From a bacterium (GTDB lineage: Bacteria > UBA8248), in the NCBI GenBank assembly GCA_965261085.1, contig OZ253442.1:1120001-1184000 (forward strand): a stretch of DNA of 64,000 nt, given 5' to 3'. Below, piece after piece: positions 37,467 to 47,600 of this stretch. Below the pieces are notes generated by a model. It was given only the letters and a program-made list of their open reading frames with translations, was not told the origin of the DNA and ran no database searches. Numbering within the stretch: position 1 is the stretch's first letter; every line of letters begins with the position of its first letter. Made by a program: the position numbers and the translations under genes.

Positions 37467-40328
37467 TCATAAACCGAGATCCCGCTCGACTGGTTTCTCG
37501 CGCACCGGTCCGGCCTCGCGGTCCGCGGCCCGGGCCGCTTTCGCATCGACTTCCGGACCCTTCGCCGGCGCTTCCCGCGCGACCTGCCCGGTCCCCTCGA
37601 GCGCCGAGACCCGCTCGCCCGTGGCCGCCTCGAGCCTCTCGCGCAGCGCCCCGGCGTCGTCGGTCACGAGTTCCGCCCGGTCCCGGGCGCGGCTGATCTC
37701 CACGTAGAGCGTCTTCTGGTTGGTGAGGTTGGGGTGGTTGGCCTCCATCGCGGCGATGACGGTATCCACGGTCCGGCCCTGGAAGGCATGCACCGTGGAA
37801 GCCCAGGCGCGGTCGATATGCCGCAGTTGGGGGTCGCCGGCGGTCATGTCGAGCCTTCGCCCGTCCTCGAGACGGAAGCCCACGCGACCGTCTTTCACGG
37901 CCGCTACCTCGGCGGTCTGGCTGTTCACCAGGCCGAGGTCCTTATCGTTGCGGGTCCAGCGGACCCGGTCGCCCTGTTGCAACTCCATCTGCTCGACCCG
38001 GTAGACCTCGACCCCGCCGCTCCTCGCCGCGATCCGTCCCGGCTCCCAGAGTACCGATCGCCCCTCTTTGCCTTCGAGCCTGACCGTGCGCGTCTCGTGA
38101 TCGACCCCGGCGACGCGGAGTTCGTCGCCCTTCTCTACGTCGAGACGCTTGTAGGGGCGGTGGAAGGCCACCACGTCACCGGGCGCGTAGTTCGCCGCGA
38201 GCGACTTCTCGGCGCGGGTGTAGCCGCGCGAGACGAGGCGTTCGGACTTCATGGCCGGGCCATGGACGACGCCGTCGCGGATAAGCCGCTCGCGGACGAT
38301 GGCGTTTATCTTTTCGCGGATCCTGTGGCTCGGCGCCATCAGCCCCGCCTGGGCGCGCGCTTCCGGCGAGAGCGCGAGCCAGCGCGCGGCGGCCGCGCCC
38401 GCGAGGTTGTCCGGCTTGACTTCGGCGACGTTGGAGCCGAGCTTCTCGAAGGCGCGTTTCACGTCGCCTGACAGGCTCGCCTCGACGGCTGCTTTCAAGT
38501 CCGGGTCGCGCTGGCGCATGATCTCGTCCATGGTCGCCGTCTTCATGCCCGCCGACTGCAACTGCGCGAAGGGCTTGCCCGCGTCCACCGCGTCCAACTG
38601 TTTCGCATCGCCGACCAGCACCAGGCGCGGAAGGCGCAAGGTATTGGCGACCCTGAGGAGGTCGCGGGCCTGCACCGTGGAGGCGAGAGAACCCTCGTCC
38701 ACCACGAGCACGGTCTTGCGGAACGCCGCGCGCATCTCCTTCTCGCCCTTCCTGGTCAGCCGGCCCTGGGCCAGCCCAGAGTTTCTCGCGAGGAAGCGCT
38801 GCAGCGTCTCGCTCTTTATCCCGGCCTCGGCTTCCAAGGTCCGAGCGGCCGAGGCCGAGGGCGCGAGACCCTTGACCTCGTAGCCGCGTTTTTCCAGAAG
38901 GGCGCGGGCGCGGTCCAGCATGGTGGTCTTGCCGGTACCGGCATAGCCCTGCACGCCGACGACGCGGTCATATTCCGAGAGGATGAGCCGGACGGCGTCC
39001 TTCTGTCCCGCCGTGAGCGGCCCCTTGTGCAGATGCGCGCTCACCATCCAGCTCCGCATGGGCGCCCGGCCACGGTTCTCACCACCGCGCATGAGCGCAA
39101 TGGTCTCGCGTTCGTCGGCGAGCGCCTTCTCCGTGGTCATGCCGTCGCCGCCTTCGAGAGCGGGAGCGGCGTGGAGCCGGCCTTCCTTGCGCAGGTCCTC
39201 GACGGCCCGTTCGGCGGCATCGGCGGTGACCGCGCCGGGGGACCAGGCGAGCGCCCCCGCGAGAAGATCGGCGCGGGCGAACACCGCCTCGCGCTCGGCG
39301 AGATGGGCCACCGCCCATTCCACCGCTTCGGCCGCCGGCTCCTTCGTTGCCGGTTCCCGCCGCGACGGGTCGACATCCCGCACGGAAGCGTTCTCCCGGC
39401 CGGCGGCCCTGGACATCGCCTCGGCGGCGAGCGCCCGCGCGTCGAACCCCAGCCCGTCGGCCTGTTTCTCCCAGACGTTCCTGAGGGCCGTCTTGTCCAC
39501 GTCGCGTTTGTGGACCCGGGTCATGAGCGCCGCGCGTTCGGCCAGGCGCGGGTTCCCCGCCGTCTCCCCGAGACCCCGTTCGGCCACCGCCGCCTCGATC
39601 TCCGCGCGCCGGGTCGAGAACGCCTCGATCACAGAGCGGGAAACGCCCGCGATCTCGAACCGCCCGTCGGCGTGGGTCTTCTCGGCGCGGTAGCCGAGCC
39701 CGCCCAACTCCCGCGCGAGTTCGCTCCGGTAGACCATGCCGATGAGCTTCTGGCGGCGGTAGAGCGCCTCGTTGGCCATGGTCCGCCACTTGCCGTCCGC
39801 GCCCTTTACCATGTTGGCGAGGACCGCGTGGGTGTGGAGCTGGGGGTCGAGGTTGCGCGAGGTGTCGTGCCGGAAGGTAGCTGCCACCGTCTTCTGCTCG
39901 CCCGTCCTGACCATGCGGCCCGTCCCGGGGTCGCGCATGCGGGTCTCGGCGGCGTTCCTCTCGACCCAGGCGAGGGTGCGCCCGACGGCGCGGTCGTGGG
40001 CCCGGGTTACGCGCGCATCGCCTCCCACGAGCGCTGCCAGAGAGACGGACTTGGGGGCCGAGAAGGTGAGGTCGCGCCCGGGCCGGTGGTGGATGCCGCC
40101 GTCCTTGCCGGGACGGCCCAGTTGCGGTCCACCCGGCACTTTGCCTTCCAGCACCGCCTTGAAGACGTCCGGGTCGACAGGACCCGATAGCCCCAAGTCC
40201 GCCGCACCCTTTCCGGCCCAGGCGCTCGCCTCCCTGTGCGCCGGGTCGTCTTTCGCGTAGTAGCCGTCCCGCTCGTAGTAGGAGGCGCCCTGCGCGGGAG
40301 CGGCGACGGCGCCGATCGATACGACCAT
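37467..40328 (-). CDS. traI: MOBF relaxase-helicase, copy 2
   Basis: YYERDGYY, DLTFSAPKSVS, HDTSRNLDPQLHTH, GYAGTGKT; TAATG overlap with traD. Confidence 0.95.
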   Translation of the reverse strand: MVVSIGAVAAPAQGASYYERDGYYAKDDPAHREASAWAGKGAADLGLSGPVDPDVFKAVLEGKVPGGPQLGRPGKDGGIHHRPGRDLTFSAPKSVSLAALVGGDARVTRAHDRAVGRTLAWVERNAAETRMRDPGTGRMVRTGEQKTVAATFRHDTSRNLDPQLHTHAVLANMVKGADGKWRTMANEALYRRQKLIGMVYRSELARELGGLGYRAEKTHADGRFEIAGVSRSVIEAFSTRRAEIEAAVAERGLGETAGNPRLAERAALMTRVHKRDVDKTALRNVWEKQADGLGFDARALAAEAMSRAAGRENASVRDVDPSRREPATKEPAAEAVEWAVAHLAEREAVFARADLLAGALAWSPGAVTADAAERAVEDLRKEGRLHAAPALEGGDGMTTEKALADERETIALMRGGENRGRAPMRSWMVSAHLHKGPLTAGQKDAVRLILSEYDRVVGVQGYAGTGKTTMLDRARALLEKRGYEVKGLAPSASAARTLEAEAGIKSETLQRFLARNSGLAQGRLTRKGEKEMRAAFRKTVLVVDEGSLASTVQARDLLRVANTLRLPRLVLVGDAKQLDAVDAGKPFAQLQSAGMKTATMDEIMRQRDPDLKAAVEASLSGDVKRAFEKLGSNVAEVKPDNLAGAAAARWLALSPEARAQAGLMAPSHRIREKINAIVRERLIRDGVVHGPAMKSERLVSRGYTRAEKSLAANYAPGDVVAFHRPYKRLDVEKGDELRVAGVDHETRTVRLEGKEGRSVLWEPGRIAARSGGVEVYRVEQMELQQGDRVRWTRNDKDLGLVNSQTAEVAAVKDGRVGFRLEDGRRLDMTAGDPQLRHIDRAWASTVHAFQGRTVDTVIAAMEANHPNLTNQKTLYVEISRARDRAELVTDDAGALRERLEAATGERVSALEGTGQVAREAPAKGPEVDAKAARAADREAGPVREKPVERDLGL

Positions 40329-42421
40329 TACAGCCAGTCGACCGGCCGGCGCGCCTCCGCGCCGCCGTCTACGGGTCCATCCGGATCGACCGCGGGGTCT
40401 TCCCGCTGTCCGTAAATGGCGGAATCCCGGCCGTCGGAACCAGCCGCCTCGACCTCGGGTATTTCCGCGCCTTCCGCCTCCACCGCGCGGCATTCGGCCG
40501 GGGCCGGCCCGGGTTCTCCCTGGGGTTCCGGTTCAGGCATCTCCCGGGCCCTTGTCGCCGTGTCACGCCCTCCGGGCGGTGCTCCGGGCGGTGCTCCGGG
40601 CAGTGCGGATGCCTCCACCTCTGCGTTTCCCGGGGTTTCCTGTGGCTCGGCCTCCGTGTCCTTCGCCTCGAGGGCCGGTATGTCGCCTCTCGGCACGAAG
40701 CTCTCGGCGGCTTTGGGCCTTTTCACGTAGGGAAGACTGATCCGGGCCACGGGCCAGGGACCGGGGAACTTGAGGTAGCCGCATAAATTCTCGAGGCGCA
40801 TGATCTCCGACGGCAGGGCCAGGGGGCGCATCTCGCGGCGCTGGGTGAGCGAGACCCCGTCCCGCATGGAACTCGCGCCGTAGCTCAAGCCCTGCGCGTA
40901 TTCCGTGACCTCGCCGCGTCCCAAGCTCTCGGCCGACCAGCGCGCCGTCTCCTGGTCGGGCGCCGCCAGCACCACCCGGGTGCCGCAGAGCCCCGACACG
41001 GTCTCGGCGCCGTTTCGGCCGTAGAGGTCGCGCAGGGCGGAGAACACCTGGATCCCGAGCACGAAGCACCCGCCGAACTGGCGCGATTCCGCGAGACCGG
41101 GCTGTAAGCTCGGCACCTGGTGTAAGGTGGGAAGTTCGTCGAGCACCACCCAGACCCTGCGCGCGTCGTCCCGGCCGAGGGAGAGGAGCGCGTTCACCGC
41201 GATCTCGAGCCAGGTGGAGATGAGACCTCTCAAGCTCGCGTGCTGGTCCCCGCGTGAGGTCAGGAACAGGAAGCCCGACTCGTCTTCGCGTTCCACCCAC
41301 TCTCTTATCGAGAAGGGTGCGCCCGTGTCGGGCAGGAACTCGAGCGCGCTCAAATGCGCGGTCAGCATGGCGCGCACCGAGAGAGCGGTCTTGGGGTTCT
41401 CCGGATCCACGATGGACTGGGCCACCGTGCCCTCCATGGCCTGGGCCAGGGCGGTGAGTTCGGTCTTGAGCAGGTGATCGACCAGCACCCGGTTCTCGGT
41501 CACGCCCTGTTTCCAGAGGACGCCCGCGCCGTTTGAGAACAGCTGCCTCGCGGCCGTGACCCAGAAGGGGTCCACCGTGTCCTTCTGCTGGGGGATAAGA
41601 GCGGCGGCCATCGTGTCGAAGTCCCGGGGCGTCCTCGCCTCGAAAAAAGGCGACCAGCGCGGCGCCCGGGCGTCCAGGGGGTTCATCAGAACGTCGCGGG
41701 CGGGGTCGTAGTATGCCCCCGTATAGCTCCCCATCTTGTCGTAGAGGATGCAGCGCTCCCCCCGGGCGCGGATCTGCGCGACCAGGTCCGAGATCAGGAC
41801 GGTCTTGCCCGAACCGGTGGTGCCCGAGACGATGGTGTGCTGGGTCTCGGCGCGCTTTGGCCAGGGTATCCCTGCGATGCGGCAAGACGCCCGTCGAGCG
41901 CTCGGGAAGAGGGCTTCCGCCAGGCGGGCGGAGGCGGGCTGTACGCGCCGTCTGAGCGCACCGGCGGATGTCATCTCCGCTCCCCGGACCCTCTGTGCGC
42001 GGGCCAGGCGCCGGCCCAGGAACCAGAAGGCGAGCGCGCAGAGGAGAATGCCGCCCAAGCCGATCCAGAGGCCCAGCCAGGCCTTTGCATGGATGGCGCC
42101 CAAGAGGCGCCTTTTGATCCGCTCGATCCGGGGGTCCGCCGCGATGAGGGCGATCCGCTCGCTCGTCCGCGCGCCTTCGCGCCACTCGTAGGCCTGGCGC
42201 GAATCTGGAGAATATCCCAGGCCGAGCTTGGCCTCGGCCAAGACACCCAGGCCTACGACCCGCCATTCATGGGCGCTCGTGGTGCGCCAGACCCCGATGA
42301 CGGGGACCAGAACGATCGTCAGGAGGAGTCCTAAAATCCCCCAGCGGACGAGCTGGCCCCACATATGGACGTCGTGCAAGAGGGTCTGGCCTCCCCTTAA
42401 GGTTGCGTTTCCGTACGTCAT
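40328..42421 (-). CDS. traD: Type IV coupling protein TraD/TrwB
   Basis: Two N-terminal TM segments, GTTGSGKT, WVVLDELPTL, RQFGGCFVLGIQ; GAGGA RBS at MTYGNA. Confidence 0.93.
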   Translation of the reverse strand: MTYGNATLRGGQTLLHDVHMWGQLVRWGILGLLLTIVLVPVIGVWRTTSAHEWRVVGLGVLAEAKLGLGYSPDSRQAYEWREGARTSERIALIAADPRIERIKRRLLGAIHAKAWLGLWIGLGGILLCALAFWFLGRRLARAQRVRGAEMTSAGALRRRVQPASARLAEALFPSARRASCRIAGIPWPKRAETQHTIVSGTTGSGKTVLISDLVAQIRARGERCILYDKMGSYTGAYYDPARDVLMNPLDARAPRWSPFFEARTPRDFDTMAAALIPQQKDTVDPFWVTAARQLFSNGAGVLWKQGVTENRVLVDHLLKTELTALAQAMEGTVAQSIVDPENPKTALSVRAMLTAHLSALEFLPDTGAPFSIREWVEREDESGFLFLTSRGDQHASLRGLISTWLEIAVNALLSLGRDDARRVWVVLDELPTLHQVPSLQPGLAESRQFGGCFVLGIQVFSALRDLYGRNGAETVSGLCGTRVVLAAPDQETARWSAESLGRGEVTEYAQGLSYGASSMRDGVSLTQRREMRPLALPSEIMRLENLCGYLKFPGPWPVARISLPYVKRPKAAESFVPRGDIPALEAKDTEAEPQETPGNAEVEASALPGAPPGAPPGGRDTATRAREMPEPEPQGEPGPAPAECRAVEAEGAEIPEVEAAGSDGRDSAIYGQREDPAVDPDGPVDGGAEARRPVDWL

Positions 42422-42596
42422 CCGGTCCTCCTGTTCAGGATTGTGTGGATAGTGGTGCGCCCGTGCGCACTGTGGCGGGGATTCCGTCACGGGGACTGGT
42501 CCTCCTTCGGCCGCTACGAGTTCATTGATGAGGACGGCGACCGCTTCGACCCGGACGGGCCGCTACGCCCGTCCCCGTAGAAGGGACCTCCGCGCC

Positions 42597-42842
42597 CTAA
42601 ATCGGTCTCAGTCCTCGACCATCCGTCCTCCGTCCGGTCCCACCGCGGTCCGGCGCCGGGACCCGTCGCCGCGCCGAGTCCCAGACCTCCAGGTCCGCGG
42701 GCAGGTAGCGCACCCGGAACCCGAACCGGTGGAAAACCGGCCCCTTGCCGCTCACACGGTAGCGCTCCAGCGTCCTCGGCGAGAGGCGCAGCCGTGCGGC
42801 CGCCTCCCGTGTGCTCAGGTAATTCCTGCCGTTCTCGTTCAT
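42597..42842 (-). CDS. Excisionase/AlpA-like HTH protein
   Basis: YLSTREAAARLRLSPRTLERYRVSGKGPVFHRFGFRVRY; AAGGAG RBS. Confidence 0.8.
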   Translation of the reverse strand: MNENGRNYLSTREAAARLRLSPRTLERYRVSGKGPVFHRFGFRVRYLPADLEVWDSARRRVPAPDRGGTGRRTDGRGLRPI

Positions 42843-43149
42843 CGGCGCATCTCCTTCGAGGCCGAACCCGGCGAAAGGGTCCTCCTCCGTTACCCCGGCG
42901 CGGATGGCCCGGGCCTCTTCCTCTCTCGCCTGCGCCGCAACGCTGCGGCGCAGGCGATCGCCGGGGGGCATGTCGGTGTGGGTGTCCAGCGTTCCCATCG
43001 AAACGAACATAAAGTAAAAAAACGCGCCTGAAAATTGTTTTCGATAGCGCATAACCTGCACGCATGTTGCATTCCTGCCCACACATGCGGTGGGCTGCGC
43101 AGCAATGCGACAAAAAAACGGGGGCTCCCCGCGACGACGGAATAGAGGG

Positions 43150-43350
43150 GTATGGCATAAACATATATGAAAAGAAGAAAATCCGCGTCACGCCCGAACA
43201 GTGGGAACGCGTCAATGAAGAGGCGCAACAACGCGAGATCAGCCCGAACCGCCTCTTCATCGAGCCCCTACATGTGGAGGCCATAGAGTGCAGGGAATGC
43301 CCTCGCGCGAAAGCGGAAATTATCTGTTGCGCTCGACCATGCTAGCCGCG
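43150..43350 (+). pseudogene. Degenerate paralog of RHH gene 21056-21532
   Basis: KKIRVTPEQWERVNEEAQQREISPNRLFIE; frameshift near PRAKAE. Confidence 0.6.
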
Positions 43351-44058
43351 CAGGCTGGACCACGGGCGCAAATCGGTGGTTCCCTGATGAATGTTTCTGA
43401 GCGCCGAAGCATGACCGCAATCAAGCTATTACGGGCCGGACTTTACAGGACGGTCGACAGAGACCCGCCGAGATGCGCACGAGTTGTAATTCATCCGCTT
43501 TCGGTTTGGTTACATGCTGGAGAAGGTGAATTCCTAACGGGATCGAGGAGAATGAATCTTTCCCAACAGTATTAACAGGGTAGGAGAATTTCACGAGCGA
43601 TGAATAAGCTTCTCCGCCTCTAAGCGGGCGAAAGACATTTATGTGCGATCCGTAAGGAGGAACACTTCCGGCCGCTCACACCACCATGCTGACGGACCCG
43701 ATGGCGGACACGAACTAGGGAGCATTATCCGGGAGGAGGGCGCCGGCGTCCCGTCCGCACCACCCGCCGCACCACCCACAACACCTTGTTGCGGATATGG
43801 ACGTCTTCTGCGCGGCAGGGAGAATGGTCTGTGGGGATGAGCCGGAGCCTCGGGCGTTCCTCCTCGGCGCCATCGCAGCGCACCGCCGTTGATGATGCAG
43901 TCCGTCATGGGAGTCTTTCTTCCGGGTCATCCAGGCAATCGGGGACTCCGCCACGACATCCGCCGTCAGACGGTTCCCCGGCAATCCGTTCATGGCCTTG
44001 CGGCTTCGCGGGAGGGGCCGCTTCCCTCTACCGGCGCAGGGCGTCAGGCGCCTGTTCC

Positions 44059-44487
44059 TCACGGCCGCCTGACCTCCCACTCCACCTCGCCGAGGACCTC
44101 GACGTCTTCTGCGAAGCAGGGGGCGTAGGCGGGGTTGGCCGGGATGAGCCTCAGGCGTTCGTCCTCCGCACCATCGCCGGGCATCGCCTCGGCTCGTCTG
44201 GCCACCAGGCTCTCCCCGAGCCTGATCAGGAACTTTCCTCCCGCCTCCGGGCGCCGGCTCTCGAGGTCGACCACGACCCATTCGCCCTCGCGCAACTCAG
44301 GCTCCATCGAGTCGTCGCACACCCGCACGATGCGCAGGTGCGTGGTCTTCACGCCTTCTTCGGTGCGATGCTCCACCCAGAAAGGCTCGCCGATCTCGTT
44401 GTCGTCATCTCCCGTGCCGGGGCTCGGTTCGACGGGTTCAATGATCATGTCGATCCCGTTATGGCCCGGTGTGGTGTCGTCCGTCAT
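44059..44487 (-). CDS. Stand-alone S24 (LexA/CI C-terminal-like) domain
   Basis: RVCDDSMEPELREGEWVVVD, LRLIPANPAY; VARR where VKR is usual; no HTH. Confidence 0.7.
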   Translation of the reverse strand: MTDDTTPGHNGIDMIIEPVEPSPGTGDDDNEIGEPFWVEHRTEEGVKTTHLRIVRVCDDSMEPELREGEWVVVDLESRRPEAGGKFLIRLGESLVARRAEAMPGDGAEDERLRLIPANPAYAPCFAEDVEVLGEVEWEVRRP

Positions 44488-44616
44488 GGTGATATTCCTT
44501 TCCGGTAATCCAGGGGACCCGGTTTCGGTCCCCGATGTCCCGCGGGCCCTCGCCCGCATCCTTTCGCTTCACGTTCAAGATTCCAGGAGGCGCGCGCGGG
44601 ATTGCCCCGTCCACCG

Positions 44617-47600
44617 CTACCAGCGCTTCGAGCCCCTCAGGACGAGTCCGGCTTCGTGCTCACCGTCCCCTTCGGGTTCGGCGAGCGTGGCCTCGAGGTT
44701 CAGGGCGAAGGCGGGACCGAGCTTCCAGCGCGCTCCCGCGCGCCAGGTCTCCCCGCTCCCGGTGAGCGCCACGCCCGTATAGGGCGTCAGCAGGCCGCGC
44801 ATCGCGTCCAGTCCGTAGCCCACCTCGGCTTCTAATCGCGCGTCGGGGTCGAACTCCCCCCCCGCCACCGCGCGCTGCGACCAGAGGCGCTCCGTCCCGC
44901 CCGAGGCCGCGCCCCAGGCCGAACCCACCCGCATCGAGAGCCCCCGGCCGTCCCCGCCGGGAGAGAGGGCGAGCGAGGCGCTCACGCCCCATTCCTCATA
45001 ATCGCGCTCCTCGTGCGCGAGAAGGCCCCTTGCGCGCACCTCCACCGAGAGGCCCTTCGCATTCGTCCAGCCGAGGCCGCCGCCCAGTTCCACGCCGCTT
45101 CCCGTCTCCGCGTCGCCCGCATCGAAACGAAGGCCCACCTCGAGGGAGGGCGTGATGACACTGCCGCCACCCAGCTTCACCTCGCGCGAACCCTCCAGCA
45201 CCAGGCGCAGGCGCTGCGTGCGCGCCTCCGCCGAGACGAGGTTCGTCACCGCTTCCGACTCGGTCCACACGAGGAGGACGTCGGTCTTGACCTCAAGGTC
45301 GTAGCCCGCAACGGATGCGAGCTTGCCCCTGGCCCCGAACGCCGCCATCCCCATGGAGATGTCGGTCTCCATGCGCTCCACTATCCCCCCCGTGTTCTCC
45401 ACCTCGAGCGTCAACCCGCCCTCGCCCAGGCCCAGGACGCCCCAGACCGAGAGGCGCTCGCTCACCGTGTAGCGCAGGTAGGGGTGTGCGCTCGCGAGCG
45501 TCGATTCCACCTCGCCCCGCGCGCCGGTGGCCGTGTAGGAACCCTCCCCGGTGCTGTAGGCGAGCGTCACGCCCGCCAGGACCCTGCCACGCTCGTAATC
45601 AGCGCCCACGAGGCCCGTCGAGACGTCCCCCTCGAGCGTGAGCGCGTCCTCCTTGCCGCTGAAGCTCGCGCGCGACCCCCGGGCCCACAGCGACCAGCGC
45701 CCGTTCGCGTCCTCCTTCCCGCCACCTGCCGAGGCCATATGAAACGAACTCGCCATCAGCAGCCCGGCCGTCGATATCTCTTGCGCGGGGGAGTCGTCCG
45801 CCTCCACCCGGAGAAGGTCCTTCGTCTCCCTCAAGTCCGGCCCGAGGACGCTTGCATCCCCGAGGAGAGTCCCCTCCGCCCCGGGCCAGGAAGCGCCCAG
45901 GACCACCTGGTGGCCGCCGAGCGTCAACTGCGTCGAACCCGGAGAGTTCCCCTCGATGCGCGCGCCCACGGCTTCCAGCACCTGCTCCGCGACCGTGCGC
46001 CCGAAGCGCGCCAGCCACGCCTTGGGCATGTGGTCGGTGTTCTTGATCGTCCCCGTCGCCGTACCGTCGGCGATATACGCCCCCGAGGCGTTCGAGAGCG
46101 TGAGCGTCAGCGTCTCCCGCCCCTCGTCGTGCGCATCGTCGAGCACAGCGACCGATACCGTCTTCGCCCTATCGCCGGCCGCGAAGGTCAGCGTACCGCT
46201 CACCGCCGTGTAGTCGGCGCCCGCCTTCGCCGTCCCGTCGGCCGTCGCGTAGTCCACCGTCACCGCCCCCGAAGGCGCCCGGTCGAGCCTCACCACGAAC
46301 GCAAGCGCCGCGTCCGGTTCCTCCTCCACCTCCGCATCCGCCACCGAGAGACCCGGCGGACCCAGAACCCTCGTCGATATCGTCGCCGACAGCGCCCGCC
46401 CGTCGCCGGTGCACACCGCCCCCGGCGTACCGCAGGCGCGCCCGCCTTCGAGCGTCACCGTCACGTCGCCAATCGAACCCGGCTTGACCGTCGCCTCCCA
46501 CAGGTCCTTGCGCCGGTCCACCCGCTTCGCCTTCGTCACGCTCCCGCCGGACACCGACAACGACTGGTCGCGGAACGTCCGGAAGCCGATCGAGATGCCC
46601 TCGCTGAACGCGATCCTGAGCTTGAACGCCGTCTTCCCGTCATGCTCCGCCGGCGCCTGCACGAAACTCGCCGTCAGCGCCACGACCGCCGCCTCGACCG
46701 CGGGGCCGGCCACCGTCGCCGCCGGCGTGTTGGTCAACAGCCGCCGGTTCCCGCCCCGGGTGCAGATCGCCCCGGAGACCGCGCACTCGCGCCCGCCCGG
46801 CAGCGTGATCGTCACCGCCCCGTCCGTCTCGGGCGCGACCGTGATCTCCCACAGGTCATTGCGCCCGTCCACCCGCCGCGCCCCGGTCACCTCGCCCCCG
46901 GACACCGTGAACGAGTCGTCGCGCATCGACCGGAAGCCGATCCCGATGTCCTCGCTGAACGCCACCCGGAAGTGGAACGCGTCCTCGCCGTCATGCGCCT
47001 CCGGCAGGCCCTCGAACGCCGCCGTCAGCGGCGCAGGGCCCGGACCCTCTACCGTCGTCGCGATCCCCTCCGACAGCGAACGCCCGTCCTCCGTGCAGAT
47101 CGCCCCCGCGCCCCCGGCCGGCCGGTTGTCCACCCGGCGCACCGACGTCACCCGGCCGCCCTCGACCCGCACCCCGTGCTCGCCCACGTTCTCCGGGCTC
47201 TCCTCGATCGCCTCGCTGAACGCCACCCGAACCTTGACCCGGCCCGAGCCGTCGTGGCGCTCCGGCGGCGACACGAACCGCGCCTTCAGCGCCCGTGCAC
47301 CGGCCTCGGCGCTCTCCGGCTCGTTCCAGCAGCGGGCACCCCCGCATCCTCGTTGTGCGTGCAGTTGTGCAGCCCCCAGCCCGCGTACGCGCAGTGGGCC
47401 AGCGGCACCGGCAGCGCGGCCACCCTCTGATCGGCGTCGCCCGCCGCGCACGTCATGTCGTCGAGCCAGATCGGGAGGAGGGGCCAGTCCAGCGGATAGG
47501 GGCGGCCCACCGGAGAGTAGGACGCCTGCGCGGACGGTTGGCTCGGCACCCCTGACTGGCCGTAGCCCGACGCGTATTCGCCGTTGCCGTAGCCCATGGC

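Noticed and set aside
40574-40600. 12-bp tandem repeat in traD
   Set aside because: In-frame PGAP duplication in a low-complexity tail; unremarkable
45013-47430. 805-aa plus-strand ORF and similar long antisense ORFs (18935-20458, 40563-42266, 54061-55395, 10103-11353)
   Set aside because: GC-rich shadow frames of recognisable genes; Arg/Pro-rich with no motifs
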